From Carpediemonas membranifera BICM (lineage: Eukaryota > Protista > Fornicata): a stretch of DNA of 64,000 bases. Location of the stretch: the NCBI GenBank assembly GCA_019828565.1, contig JAHDYR010000048.1, forward strand, positions 4,200-68,199, in the 5' to 3' direction. Below, one piece after another: positions 30,601-41,032 of this stretch. Below the pieces are notes generated by a model. It was not told the DNA's origin. It searched no databases and saw only the letters and a program-made list of their open reading frames with translations. Position numbers and translations under genes: made by a program. Every line of letters starts with the position of its first letter. Within the stretch, counting starts at the first letter, position 1.

Positions 30601-31669
30601 TGCGCTTTGTCTTCTCGCGCTGTTTCACTTTCCGGAGTCGGCCAGCTTCAGTTTCGAACGCAGCACCGTGTAACTCGCTGCTGGGCTGCTCCAGATCGAC
30701 GGGCTCCACCTCCGCAACAGGGGCATCCAATGGCGGGCACTCGACCCCCAGCTGGCCGAGGACCCAGTCTAGCGCGGCGATCTGCCCGCGGAGGTGGGAG
30801 TTGACCAGGCTGAGGTCGTAGTGTCGCTGCCGGATCACCCCAGGTGTCTTCTTGGCAGCCTCTTCGGGATCCTCACGTGTTTCAGCGGGATAAGGGACTG
30901 CTTCCATCGTGCTGCCGTCGAACCCGGAGAGTGCTCCGGAAATGTCTCTCTTGGCGTGGCCAAGGGCGACCTGGAGGTCATTGATCTCGGCCATCACGGC
31001 GTCGATCTCATCCCTCAGGATGGCGTTCTTAGCACGGTTGCGCTGCTTTGGCGTCATTCCAGAAGCATCGACGTCGACGTCGAGCTTGGATGGTAGCACA
31101 CGGTCGGTGTTCCCAGGCGCATTGCCGCGACCAAGCAGCATCCGCACATAGAGGAGCGCCTTCTGCGCGCCCTGCCGCCACTTGGCCTCCTTCATGACCT
31201 TGAACTTGTGCTCCAGGAGCGCGCCAGTCAGAAGTTCGGCCAGGTCCACCTGGATGGGAAGGGAACGCTGTGATGGCACTAATGGATAAACGACAGCAGT
31301 AACGGTCCCATTCGTTTGCCCCGTGTTCCGCGTACCACGGGGAGGAACGTTGGCTGCGCGGTTGTGGGCCTCGTTGAGATCGTTTCCCGGGACCGGCATC
31401 GCGATTCCGGCAAACTCTTGCATTTGAATGAGTATATCGAGGAATGGCAAGCTAGCACTTTCATATGAGGCACTATGACCACCATCGTGGACAGTAGTCG
31501 GTCCAAATGGTGATACAGAAGACATCTCGTGCCCATTGTTCACCATCGGCTCGTTAGTGCCATTGTTTGCGCCGCTGGCTTGGTTGTTACCACCGGGCGC
31601 GGTCATCGACGGGTTATCGATGCTTCGGTTTTTGGTGTCTCCCGAGTTATATCGTTTACGCGTGTACAT
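27617..31669 (-). CDS. mosaic protein: coiled-coil module + lineage-specific domain + C-terminal WD40 propeller (~7 repeats)
   Basis: WD40 repeats at ~27680-28560 (ASGSDDRTIKLWD, SSSRDATIKLWD). The N-terminal block is shared with the 22830 ORF and the middle with the 25681 pseudogene. Confidence 0.8.
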   Translation of the reverse strand: MYTRKRYNSGDTKNRSIDNPSMTAPGGNNQASGANNGTNEPMVNNGHEMSSVSPFGPTTVHDGGHSASYESASLPFLDILIQMQEFAGIAMPVPGNDLNEAHNRAANVPPRGTRNTGQTNGTVTAVVYPLVPSQRSLPIQVDLAELLTGALLEHKFKVMKEAKWRQGAQKALLYVRMLLGRGNAPGNTDRVLPSKLDVDVDASGMTPKQRNRAKNAILRDEIDAVMAEINDLQVALGHAKRDISGALSGFDGSTMEAVPYPAETREDPEEAAKKTPGVIRQRHYDLSLVNSHLRGQIAALDWVLGQLGVECPPLDAPVAEVEPVDLEQPSSELHGAAFETEAGRLRKVKQREKTKRTTTTNTAIEDQNTELQSTLAGRVASLSEALRRHTPCPVTRRYDGDDDNWPSKRAPDVDDDAADESGRSPGSHFSGSQGSNPDFSESAILLESAIGWLRDMEVGLVDAGSEGSRQALVDAYRRSLAVTADVPGDIPTLLRHVYSRHVGGVMPSVQKPEVIEPTPADLDELSAMLDAIPELKPEAQTLLDRARSILTDGPPLSMNVELDENMELPDALHTLLQGTAWAILMEAGADPDLNGPSADPSQASQTTRDPYTVADKLVWFLCKKFYFCNQVALTNGFFRDESFDPQHPGDIHSMLHRFNAGRLFEFRTTFGEVDRYQRVHVPPILEHHGLGTHSILLVTTSGVYGFCRDTIPPGFNEQDPRRRMARPARVAFLHCPEVHEYVAGIRDWHRHGLVIDHHRDWTAILTPVGAVSLGNKGLIDESVPEADVCMFHPMALPDGFIPNGIVSTAQSVVLTMGDWQIVGSDIGAIGSNDQRGSFTDLPFWVEWAHSNNDFSLLGSRQQVMFVGRSTPAMTASGLLPESTGDFASSLHFPSGTERFAMHPLLVALVADGSTRIVKDVSDDTNTRVLTASITAKASAVVFSPSTFEQTVFVKTDDGWLRVDLASPSADQIAELPAKLGYETVELDSAPTASDLSMDQVERQVNGVTLDSGDKPLVTIEDQQTWPKTTDHAIDESIYTYRGHAASNWASVVAVAMLPDGSVASSSWDQTLRIWDATGQCRLNVPTGEQIWDVAASPDGKLLVTGGLKTVQVWSAETGELIGKPLVGHNKWIVGIALSPDKTLAASSSGDGAIIAWDLARNRMAWRGMDHGKQTNCVAISPNSKLIASGSDDRTIKLWDAASGAVIQTLEEQGGSVFCVAFSPDSTLLASCGYERFVRIWDVATGACLARFEEGAHTQFVRGLRFSPDGRMIASSSRDATIKLWDVATGKCMRTLRGHAQNVRRVDFSQDGSTLVSSSMDKTAKLWDLKGLDVRGVTEETQVDLAGEALV
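30259..31216. repeat. second copy of the ~960-bp block (22928-23885)
   Basis: Near-identical nucleotide sequence. Confidence 0.92.
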
Positions 31670-32491
31670 ATAACAAATGCCCCACTGGGTCCCAGAGACA
31701 AGTCAAGGAGACTGGCGCCAGATCCCCTGTGCTATGCTCTTTGGCCGTTTCACCCAGCACTCTGCGGTCTTGCGATGACATTGTGACATTGTGAAGTATC
31801 ATAGAGTGCACAGTGCAAGCACTGCGTCTCTCCACTTCAATTAGCTTGCCCGGAGGAGAAGACTAGCGGCTGGTTAGCCGTAATTGGTGTATTGGGGTTA
31901 TAGTTGGGAAGACGGGCTGGATTTCTGAAAGCACTGGCTTGATACTGTGCATCCGTCATGAGGCCGCAATCAACTCGGTGGAGTCAGAGGGTAAGTTTAG
32001 TGGTGGTGCGGTGGAGTCAGGGACGGTCGCTCCACGCGTGACCCGTCCCGACATCCCCCTCAAAAAATTAGCCCCGTTCCCGTGCTGTTCAGCAAAGTGG
32101 ACGACTTCCCTTGACTCGGCCCGATCCGATTGCGACCAAATCTTCTCCGAAGAGTGGGGCCGAACAATCCAAGATGTTCTGTGCAGCAGTCTTGTCTCTG
32201 TGGGAGAGATTGAGCCAAGTGGTGGTGGATCGGAATTGAGGCGTTGCTGTCTGTACCATGGAGCACCTTGACAATTCAGGTTGTGGCATCGCATCGTGCG
32301 CCTCGTGTAGCGAGTTCTACGGAACCTCGCGCGGCAGAAGGGGCAGACGAGTGAGATACTGCAGTCTTCCGATACTGATTTTTATAAACTGCACAATGAC
32401 TCAGGGGTGCAGGGCAATTGATGTCACAACATGCAGGGCCCAACCACCCATGACACAGCGCCATTCAATCATATTTTACAACCAATCATCC

Positions 32492-34406
32492 TCATGCTCT
32501 AACATCCAGAGTCCTCCGACAACCCTGGCACGTGATTTGCCGTCTAGTCGCGCTGACCTTCTTGTTCTCGTACTCACAATGGGGGCAAGCGACCGTCCGT
32601 TGGGAATCCAAGTCTTGCGGGAGGTCGACTGTCTGGCGTGGCGCTATCTCACACGGGCGGTTGTAGTGGCGGAGGTGTTCCGCCTGATCGGCCATGCGGC
32701 GAAGGCACTTGTGGCAGAACTGTTGACCACAGAAAGGACATGTGGAGATCTTGCAACTTGCTAGGCTCCCTTCGCGGGATGCGAGCTCGCCACACGCGGG
32801 ACAGCGGCGATTGACGGGGACGTCCACAGCAGTGCCTCCACCGAGCGTGACCAGCTCGCAGTTCTGGAGGTATTCTCTCTGCTCAAGCAGTAATTTGATC
32901 TCGGCATGCGTGAAGCGGTGCTCGTCTCTTCTGATGACATAAAAGTTTGCGGCCGCTCCATCTTCCACAGCAGGAACGCAGTCCGCGAAGAGCTGGCGCA
33001 TGACCTCGGGCTCCTCGATGCGGGGGATGAGCGAGCTGCCGTCGCATGCAGTGTACACGCGGTACTCCTCGTGGAACCTGACCTCTGATGCACCAGGTTG
33101 GGGGAGCTTGGCACCGAACATGTGGAAGGCGAAGCGGCGGCGCGTCTCGTCGTCCTCGAGCACGGCACGGAGGGCGTCCTGCACACCGTGGCTGTCCGCG
33201 GGGAAGCGCAGCACTGCCATGACGGCGTCGACCGTGAGCGGGTTGGGGCGCACGAGCAGGGCCCGCAGCTGGGCGGCGGTCAGCGCGGCAATCATCTCGC
33301 TGAACTGCGTCCTCGCGGTCATTCCGTTACGAATGAGTTGTATCCTGTCAGTAAAGCGGCTCAGCACCTCGCTCCGGTAGGCATTGAGGTCGCCCTCAAA
33401 GCCATCGAGCGGGCACTTTGCCCTGGCTTCCTCTATGGAAGTGTTAAGCGCCCGGTCGACGAGCGGCATCAGCGCAGCTAAGTCGATGCGGCCACCAGCG
33501 AGCGCGACGAGCCAAGTGTTGCTGACCATGTCGGCCGGAAGACGGATCCCGTCGAGCAGCATGAGCTGCAGCACGCGGCCGAGCCCCAGCAGGACGGGGC
33601 GCAGGTCGTCGATGGGATAGTCGAGGGCGTCAGGCATGAAGACCAGCGTGCCCTCAGTCACTCGGAAGACCGGCACGGAGAATCTCATGGTGCCGATGGA
33701 CTGGGCAATTGAGGTCTGCGGCAGCTTGACGACCAGGTCGGGCAGGGCCTTCGCGGACTCCTTGCCAGACAGTGTCGCGGGTACCGCTAGAAGGTCCTCC
33801 TCGCAAGCACCGATGTTAGTCAGAGTGTTGCTGAGGTTGTCGTCGAGGGTGAGGTCAAGAGGGTCCTCCGCAAACATCTTCAGCCGGGTGCGGTCGATGG
33901 CGTCGACAAAGGCGTGGGCCATCGCGAACCTGCTGCTCGCCGCGTTGAGGTCGACCTCGGGGTCCAGCTCGTTGGCAGAGGCGGCGAAGAGGCCGTCGGC
34001 CAGCGCGCGGCGGACGGACCAGCGGGCCTCGAGGTGGGTGGCGAGCATACCGCAGAGCACCTCGCGTAGGGCTTGGGGGACTGCGACGGTGGCGAGCAGG
34101 GCGTCGCAAAGCTTGTCTTCGTTGACGGTTGAGAACTCTTTGAGAGTTCCCATGAGGAGAGCGAGCAGCTGCTGGCAGAAGGCGGGGTAGTCCGGCGCCA
34201 TGGCCCCGAGCATCGTCAGGCCCGCGTGGTAGACGTCAGCGGCCTGCTGCTCGCGGTGGCTCAGCTTCTTCCCGGAATTGCGGGCGGCGATCTCCTCGGG
34301 CGCGCTGAAGGCGAGCGTGCCGATGTTGACTCCGGTCGCAGTCATGTTCACGGCGTCCATGTTCGAGGCCGTCTCGAAGTCGACGAGCACGGGGTGGCCC
34401 TCGCGC

Positions 34407-34439
<33 letters not shown>

Positions 34440-37400
34440 CAGATGCCCGCGCTGTGCAGGTCGTGGATCGCGGTGAGCAGGCCGTGGAGCAGTCTGCGCT
34501 GAGTGTCGGGCGAGTCGGCTGGGGCGTCGCGCAGGTGGTTTTCAAGGCGCTCCATGACGACCGAGCAGGTCTGCTCAGCGAGGTTGATGAGGACGAAGTG
34601 CAGCTTTGGCACTGCGGGACTGTGCGCCATGCGCGACAGGATACCCGCCTCGCGGTCGCAAAGCTTCCGCTGGTGCTCGTTGTCGAGCTTGAAGGTCTTG
34701 CCGAAGTAGGTCTGGCCGTCGCGGGTCACGATCTGGCACAGCGCTCTGTTCTCGCTGACGGTCGACTCGACGGCGAAGTCGGACATCGACAGGTCGACGA
34801 GCATCTCGGGGAGGTCCATGAGGTGGGCCAGCCCCATCTCGCGCAACTCGGCGAAGAGGCTGGCCGACGGCGCGGTGAGCTCCTTCAACTCAGGACAGAG
34901 CCGGACGAGCTGCGGCGTGCGGCGGGCCAGGGCGGTCTCCATGGCCTCGAGCTGGATCTGGACTGCCTCGAGCTTCTCCTCATTAGCAGCTGCCAGAGCA
35001 ATCTCCCGACGACTGTTGTTTCTGGCGATATCCTCCTGCAGCCACTGAGCGTTTTGCCTCAGCTGCTGGTAATCGCCCAAATCGTGGAAATCGCGGGCGA
35101 TGCTGTCGGCCTTGGCGAACCCCGAAAGATGGCTATTGGCCCCTGCCACAAGGCCACGGAGCTGAAGGATCTTGAGTTGGTCGGGGGGCGTAAAGTCGGC
35201 AGTTTTAGACCGCTGACTGGCCCAAGACCACGCTTGACGTACAGAAGGATGAAGGAAGGCGCGGAGGTTGGCGAATCGGTCGGTCCCGACCTTCTGCTTG
35301 GGGACTTCGGCGAGCAGGGTGCGCATATCCTCAAGGGAGGGAAGCACAGGGTTCTCCATCTCAGCGACCCTGGCGAGCAATGCAGCGGCCGTCTCGGCGT
35401 CTTCAGCGACGCGCTTCTCCAGCAACGCGACACCAGCCTCGGCCTGGGCGATGATCAGACTATAATCAGCAGTCCTAGTCTCCGGCAGACGTCGAGCAGA
35501 CCCAAGCCTGCCGCTGAGCACCTCAGGTGAGGGTACAGCAGTGTTATCGTGAACAGGGACGGAGAATGAAAGCAGGGGGTGGTCCTTGAGCATCAAGTTC
35601 ACCTCGATGGCCTGCTTCAATCTCAGTTCAGCGCGGAGTGAGGCAATCTCACTCTTCATCGTGTGATAAATAGTGGAGTTTGCCCGGGCAAGCACTTCGC
35701 AGACCTTGCTGCTGTGTCTATCGGTCACAAACAGCCCGCCCTTCATGGTGACAGTCGAGCTGGTCGGTCTGAACTCAACAGCAACCGCGGAAGGCATTGA
35801 GGTGCTCGATGCGACGTGGGTCAGGGCCAGCTCGAGGTGTGACAGAAAAGCGACCGAGAGTTGGACGTCAGCGCCGACCTCGCGAGCACAGAAGAGGTGT
35901 ATCCGCTTGGCCTCTTGGAGCTTATTGTACTTGAGGAGGATCTTCTTGATCTCGACAATCTCTGGCCCCACCATCATGTGATGAGAATCCATGCGGACAG
36001 TAGCTCTGGGTGCATCGAGCTGGACGCTGAATGACCGTGGGGCGACGCTTGAGCTCTCCAAATGCTCGAGCAGCTTTGTTAGACTGGGAAGATCGGCGTG
36101 AGTGACGCAGAGGTCTGTTTCCTCAGTGATCGGCTCGGCGCAGATCTCGGACAGCCGCCTGCTGAGCTGCGCACGGTTGAGCGGGTTGAGCGCGGTCTGC
36201 ACCTCGGCTTTCTCAGGAGACGACTGGAAGCCGTTGCGGTCATAGCTGATGGTGCATTCGGGGCGGGTCAGCCTCATCGCGAATGAGGTGGGCAAGGTCT
36301 CCCGCTGCAGCAGGAGGCCAGCCACGGTCTTCAGGTCGCCAATCGTGAGCGGCGCGTGCTCGCCCAGGCTGATCTCATTGTCGGTCGAGATGGCGTCGAG
36401 GTGGGCGGTCAGGAAGCTGAAGCCGCTGACAACATAATCGACAACATCGCTGGGTGGGGCGACCTCGAAGCCGGTCGGGCCGAGGGTGACGGTTGTGGCT
36501 GGGTCAGCCAGCCGCATCTCGAAGGAGCGGGGGGCAACCTTCCGTTCAGTCAGTATGGCGAGGGCCACGTTGAGGTCGCCAATCGTGAGCGGCGCGTGCT
36601 CGCCCAGGCTGATCTCATTGTCGGTCGAGATGGCGTCGAGGTGGGCGGTCAGGAAGCTGAAGCCGCTGACAACATAATCGACAACATCGCTGGGTGGGGC
36701 GACCTCGAAGCCGGTCGGGCCGAGGGTGACGGTGGCGGCTGGGTCGTCGAGCTGAACCTCGAATGAGCGGGGCGCGACCCTAGAGGCCTCGACGTGTGCG
36801 AGGAGCTTCTTCAGCGCGGGAAGGTCGGCGTGGGTGACTCTGATCTCGACATCGCCGCTAATGTCACCAGCACAGATACGAGAGACCTCGTTGCTGAGGC
36901 GCTGATGGTTGAGGGCGTTAAGAAGAGGCTGTACTTCAGCACTGGCTGGCACACAGCCGAAGCGGTTGTTGTTCATTCTCACGGTGCATTCGGGGTGGGC
37001 CATCCTCATCTCGAATGAGCGGGGCAGGCCCGTGGCGAGGATGTGGATGACGACCCGTGCCAGGTCGGCGAGGTAGAGGGGCGAGTCGTCAGACGGCAGG
37101 CGGATGTCGGCAGCGAGTGTGGGTTGGGCGCAGACCTCCTTGATCTCTGGCGAGTGCTTGATATGCCACTGCTTGGCGGTCTTGTCGTTTGAACCAGACA
37201 GCAGGGTCGATCCGTGCGTCCCAAAAGCGAGGCAGCGGACACTAAGGGCATGGCCGACAAGGGTCTTCAGACACTCGCCGCTGCGTGTGCTCCAGACCTT
37301 GATGGCTCCGTCGTTGGACCCTGAGACAGCGGTGTCGCCGTCTGGTGCAATAGAGAGGCACCTTACTGTCTTCCTGTGGCCGCTGAGAGTCGCTCTGGGC

Positions 37401-39457
37401 TGCCAGTCCTCCGTGTTCCAGAGAATGACGGTATCACCAGCACTGGACGCGAGCAGATTGCCATCTGATGAGAAGCTCAGGCAGTGCACTCCAAAAGCTC
37501 CCCTCAGAGTGTGCTGCAGGTTGCCCGTCTTCGCGTCCCAGACTCTAATTGCCTTGTCCTTGTCACCCGATCCTGTGACAACCACGCTGCTGTCCGGAGA
37601 GATAGCTACCGCCCGTACACTATCAGCATGCCTAGAGAGCGTCAGCTTGCACTTGCCGGTCCACTGAATATCCCAGACCATGGCCTTCTTGTCCGTAGAG
37701 CCTGTGACGAGGGTGTTATTGTCATATGAGAACGCCAAGCATGTGACAGCCCCGGTATGGCCAGAGAGTTCGAGCGGCTTCCCCAACTCAGTGTGGGAAG
37801 ACAGGCTTTGACCCGTGTTGGAGTTCCACAGTCGAACCGGACCTTCACCCCCAGAGGCGATGGTCGACCCGTCGCTGGATGCGGCTAGGCAGAATACCTG
37901 ACCGTCATGGGTCATTGTTCGCTCAACTTCACAAGACGGTGTCCAGACGGTGAGCGTGCGATCGGTCGACCCTGTGACCATGCGGTTGTCTGGTAGCATC
38001 ACCACTCCCGTGACGTTGTTGGTGTGGGCATGGATGGACGCGATACAGTCTCGGCGGGCCTTGGCCCACGTGGCGAGGATGGCGTCGAGCTCGTTGCTGT
38101 GCTCGTTGGTGACTAGAGCCCCGAACCTGAGCCTGACGGTGGCGTTGGTATCGGTAAGCCTCATGGTGAAAGCGCTGGGAAGGTCGTCTTGTACCACGAG
38201 GCGGTCGAGGACGCGGGTGAGGTCGGCGACGGTGCCCTCGAGGCGGACGATGGCCGCGGCCGGGACAGGTTGGGCGAGGGTCTGGTCGAGGGCGGTGAGC
38301 TCGGGAGAGCGACCAAGTGACCACTGCTTGGCGGTGTTGTCGTCAGATCCGGAGATCAGTGTGGCAGTGTATGGCAGTGCCCCGTCGGTGAAAGCGAGAC
38401 ACCGCACACTCGACGTATGCCCCTCGATCGTTGCAGTACAGGCGCCATTGCCCACGCTCCAGAGCTTGACGTTCTTGTCCTCTGAGCTTGAGGCGAGAGT
38501 CGAGTCATCGGGGGAGAAGCCCACGGCAAACACGGCCTTGGTATGCCCGCGGAGAGTGCTGAGGCAGACCCAAGTGTTGCAGTCCCACACGCGGATATCA
38601 CAGTCGCGGGACCCGGAAGCAAGGAGTGAACCGTCATTGGAGAACACGACACATGAGATTTCCTTGCCATGGCCGACCAGTGTGTGTTCGAGTCGACCTG
38701 ACCTGATATCCCAGATCTTGAGGGCCTTATCGTGGTATCCTATAGCCACAGTGGTGTCGTTGGGTGAAAGGGCAATGGACCTGGCGCACTCGTTGTTTGT
38801 GGCAATCACGAGTGGCTCCTGCACTTCCCTGGCGCCCATCACATGATGGATCACCCAGAGCTTGCTGCTGGATGCAAGGATAAGCTTTTCATTGCGTGTG
38901 AAAGCCATTCCGATGATTCTCGAGCCAACCCGCCGGATGGTATCAACGAGGTGACCCGACTCAGCGTCCCATAGCTTGATCGCACGGTCGGTACCCGCAG
39001 TCGCTACAATCATGCCGTCCCATGACACAGCGAAGGATGAGACGTTGCAGCCGTGACTTAGGCACTTATGGCTGCCGTCGGGGAGGCTGAGGACGACGGG
39101 GTTGTTGGCCGAGTCAAGTCTCGAGACGACAGTCCCGTCGGGCATGATGTCCATGCCTGTAACAGCGTCGCTGTGCCCATGCAAGACCTTGAGGCATCTA
39201 GGGACCGAGTTCCAGGCGTCCAGCAGACTGTCGACCAGACCATGGTGTGCGGTGGCACTGAAGAGGCCCTGGGTCATGGTGACAGTGAGGTTGGGCTCAG
39301 TCAGCCTCATGCTGAACTCGCATGGAAGCTCAGCAAGCGTCGAGAGGTGGTCGACGACGTGGGCGAGGTCGTCGAACGTGAGGGGCGAGGCGCCAATGGG
39401 GACGAGGTGAAGCTTGTCCTCTGGGGCGAAGACGCGCGTCGTGGCGTCTCTGATCAT
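32492..39457 (-). CDS. 2321-aa multidomain protein: 2 WD40 propellers, 8 copies of an unrecognised ~80-aa repeat, coiled coil, protein kinase, HECT-like domain, RBR RING2/IBR-type module, zinc ribbon
   Basis: GH...WD repeats; kinase HRDLKPENV, DFE, GTLAFSAPE. HECT-like LGRVLQLMLL...IQLIRNG...RRRFAFHMFG...VYTACDG..LIP. RRCPAC...SCKISTCPFCGQQFCHKC and terminal CPHC...CQGC. Confidence 0.8.
36333..36733. repeat. intragenic in-frame tandem duplication, period 240 nt (80 aa)
   Basis: 36333-36493 is identical to 36573-36733. Confidence 0.92.
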
Positions 39458-39914
39458 GTGATCTACTGCTCTGCACTCGCTGCTGCGTGAGATTCTCGGG
39501 GAGGACGCACCATTGCTCAGGTATACTGCGTAAGCGCTCTTGAACTCGCCGCGGGCTGCATCTCTGCACCAACGGGATAGGGAACGTACCAGCTGCGTAA
39601 ATGCACATGATATAACTTACTTTCTGCATCGTCGTTGCTGCATTCGTTCTTTGCTTGTCCAAGTCTGATATGGTCTCGGTCACGATGTTGAGGGCATCGT
39701 GACAAACTGTAAATAATGGCCAAACTCACAGATAGAGTGCAGATAGTATGTGCAAGTCTAAATGCGCATGAATGCCCTCGAAATACGGCTTGCCTCGGCA
39801 GCTGAATAGTGTTCTTTGTATTACCACAAAAAACTGTCAGTGCCCAGGGAAAGTGCGATATTCGTCCTCTAACATAGCATAGAAGTGCCGTCAATACTCC
39901 ACAGCCGGCCAATC

Positions 39915-40943
39915 ATGGCCAACCGGCTGCGGACTTCCGGACCCTCCATCGCCACGAGTCAAGAGCAAATGTCGCGGCATTCTGGCGAAAGACGTCGGGA
40001 TTCTGTCTCATCCACACGTTCTAGCTCTACAGCGCCGGGAATTGGGATTCAAATGATCGATTCTCCAGCGGAAGTGCCACTTTTGGCAAAAGCGGTAGCT
40101 CCTGGAAGCTACGGGGCGTATTCAAACGATGTTACAAGCGAGAAGGGGAAACGCAAGCACAGTCGTACCAGGAAAGCATCACTTGTCCCAGATATTGCGA
40201 CACCTGTGCTCATTGGCAATGAACGAAGCAATCTAGTCAACGGGAGTCGCCGCAAGCACCGTCCAAGCGTGCTGTACACACTTGGATGCTTTGCCACGCT
40301 CCTTCTTTCTCTCTTTGCAGCTGTGGCTCTTACCGTCCTGATTTACATTCTTGCTGCTTTCTTCTCGAACATCGGCATGAGGGAATGGGATGTTTTCGGC
40401 ATCCATAATGACGATGGCAAGGAATACGATGCTGCAGTAGTGTTAGGCTTTGTCCTTGACGGCCAGGACAGCATCCAGCCCGAGCTAGAGGCCCGCCTTC
40501 AAACCGTGCTCGACCTTTATCTCTCCGGCCGGATTGTCGGTGAGATCATCCTCTCTGGCGGCAAACCAAGCACGTCCCACGAGAAAGCTGAGGCCGAGGT
40601 GATGGGCGAGTGGCTTGAGGTCCGCGGCGTCCCCTCTTCCAGGCTGGTGCAAGAGGGGCAGAGCCGAACGACGGCAGAGAACGCCAAGTACTCCATTCCC
40701 ATCCTCGTCAACTCAAGCTACAAGAGAGTAGTGATCGTTACTAACACTTTCCACCAGTATCGCTCCTTCTGGCTCTTTCACGGCCAGTGCGACGGGGCCG
40801 CTTTCTGCCAGGCGAGGTTCAGGATGGCCGACGCCCGGAAGCTTGAGGGCTCTATTTCACGAAGCAGGCACCAGTATGACTTCTTTCGGGAGATCCTGGC
40901 GATGGGGCTGGCCATCCTTAAGGGAAACGTCTCTTTTTGGTAG
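39915..40943 (+). CDS. membrane-anchored DUF218 (YdcF/SanA/ElyC-like) protein
   Basis: TM segment, then DAAVVLG, LEARL, IILSGG, EAEVM, EGQSRTTAENA and IVTNTFHQYRS. Confidence 0.85.
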   Translation: MANRLRTSGPSIATSQEQMSRHSGERRRDSVSSTRSSSTAPGIGIQMIDSPAEVPLLAKAVAPGSYGAYSNDVTSEKGKRKHSRTRKASLVPDIATPVLIGNERSNLVNGSRRKHRPSVLYTLGCFATLLLSLFAAVALTVLIYILAAFFSNIGMREWDVFGIHNDDGKEYDAAVVLGFVLDGQDSIQPELEARLQTVLDLYLSGRIVGEIILSGGKPSTSHEKAEAEVMGEWLEVRGVPSSRLVQEGQSRTTAENAKYSIPILVNSSYKRVVIVTNTFHQYRSFWLFHGQCDGAAFCQARFRMADARKLEGSISRSRHQYDFFREILAMGLAILKGNVSFW

Positions 40944-41032
40944 CCTACACGACCTTTCATCTTACAAACATAAACTGCGAATCGACTCAGCAACTACAGT
41001 AGTGGTCTGTATACAAACACTTTACAGAGACT

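Noticed and set aside
31670-32491. Short ORFs between the two WD40 genes
   Set aside because: No recognisable homology; possibly a decayed remnant but unsupported.
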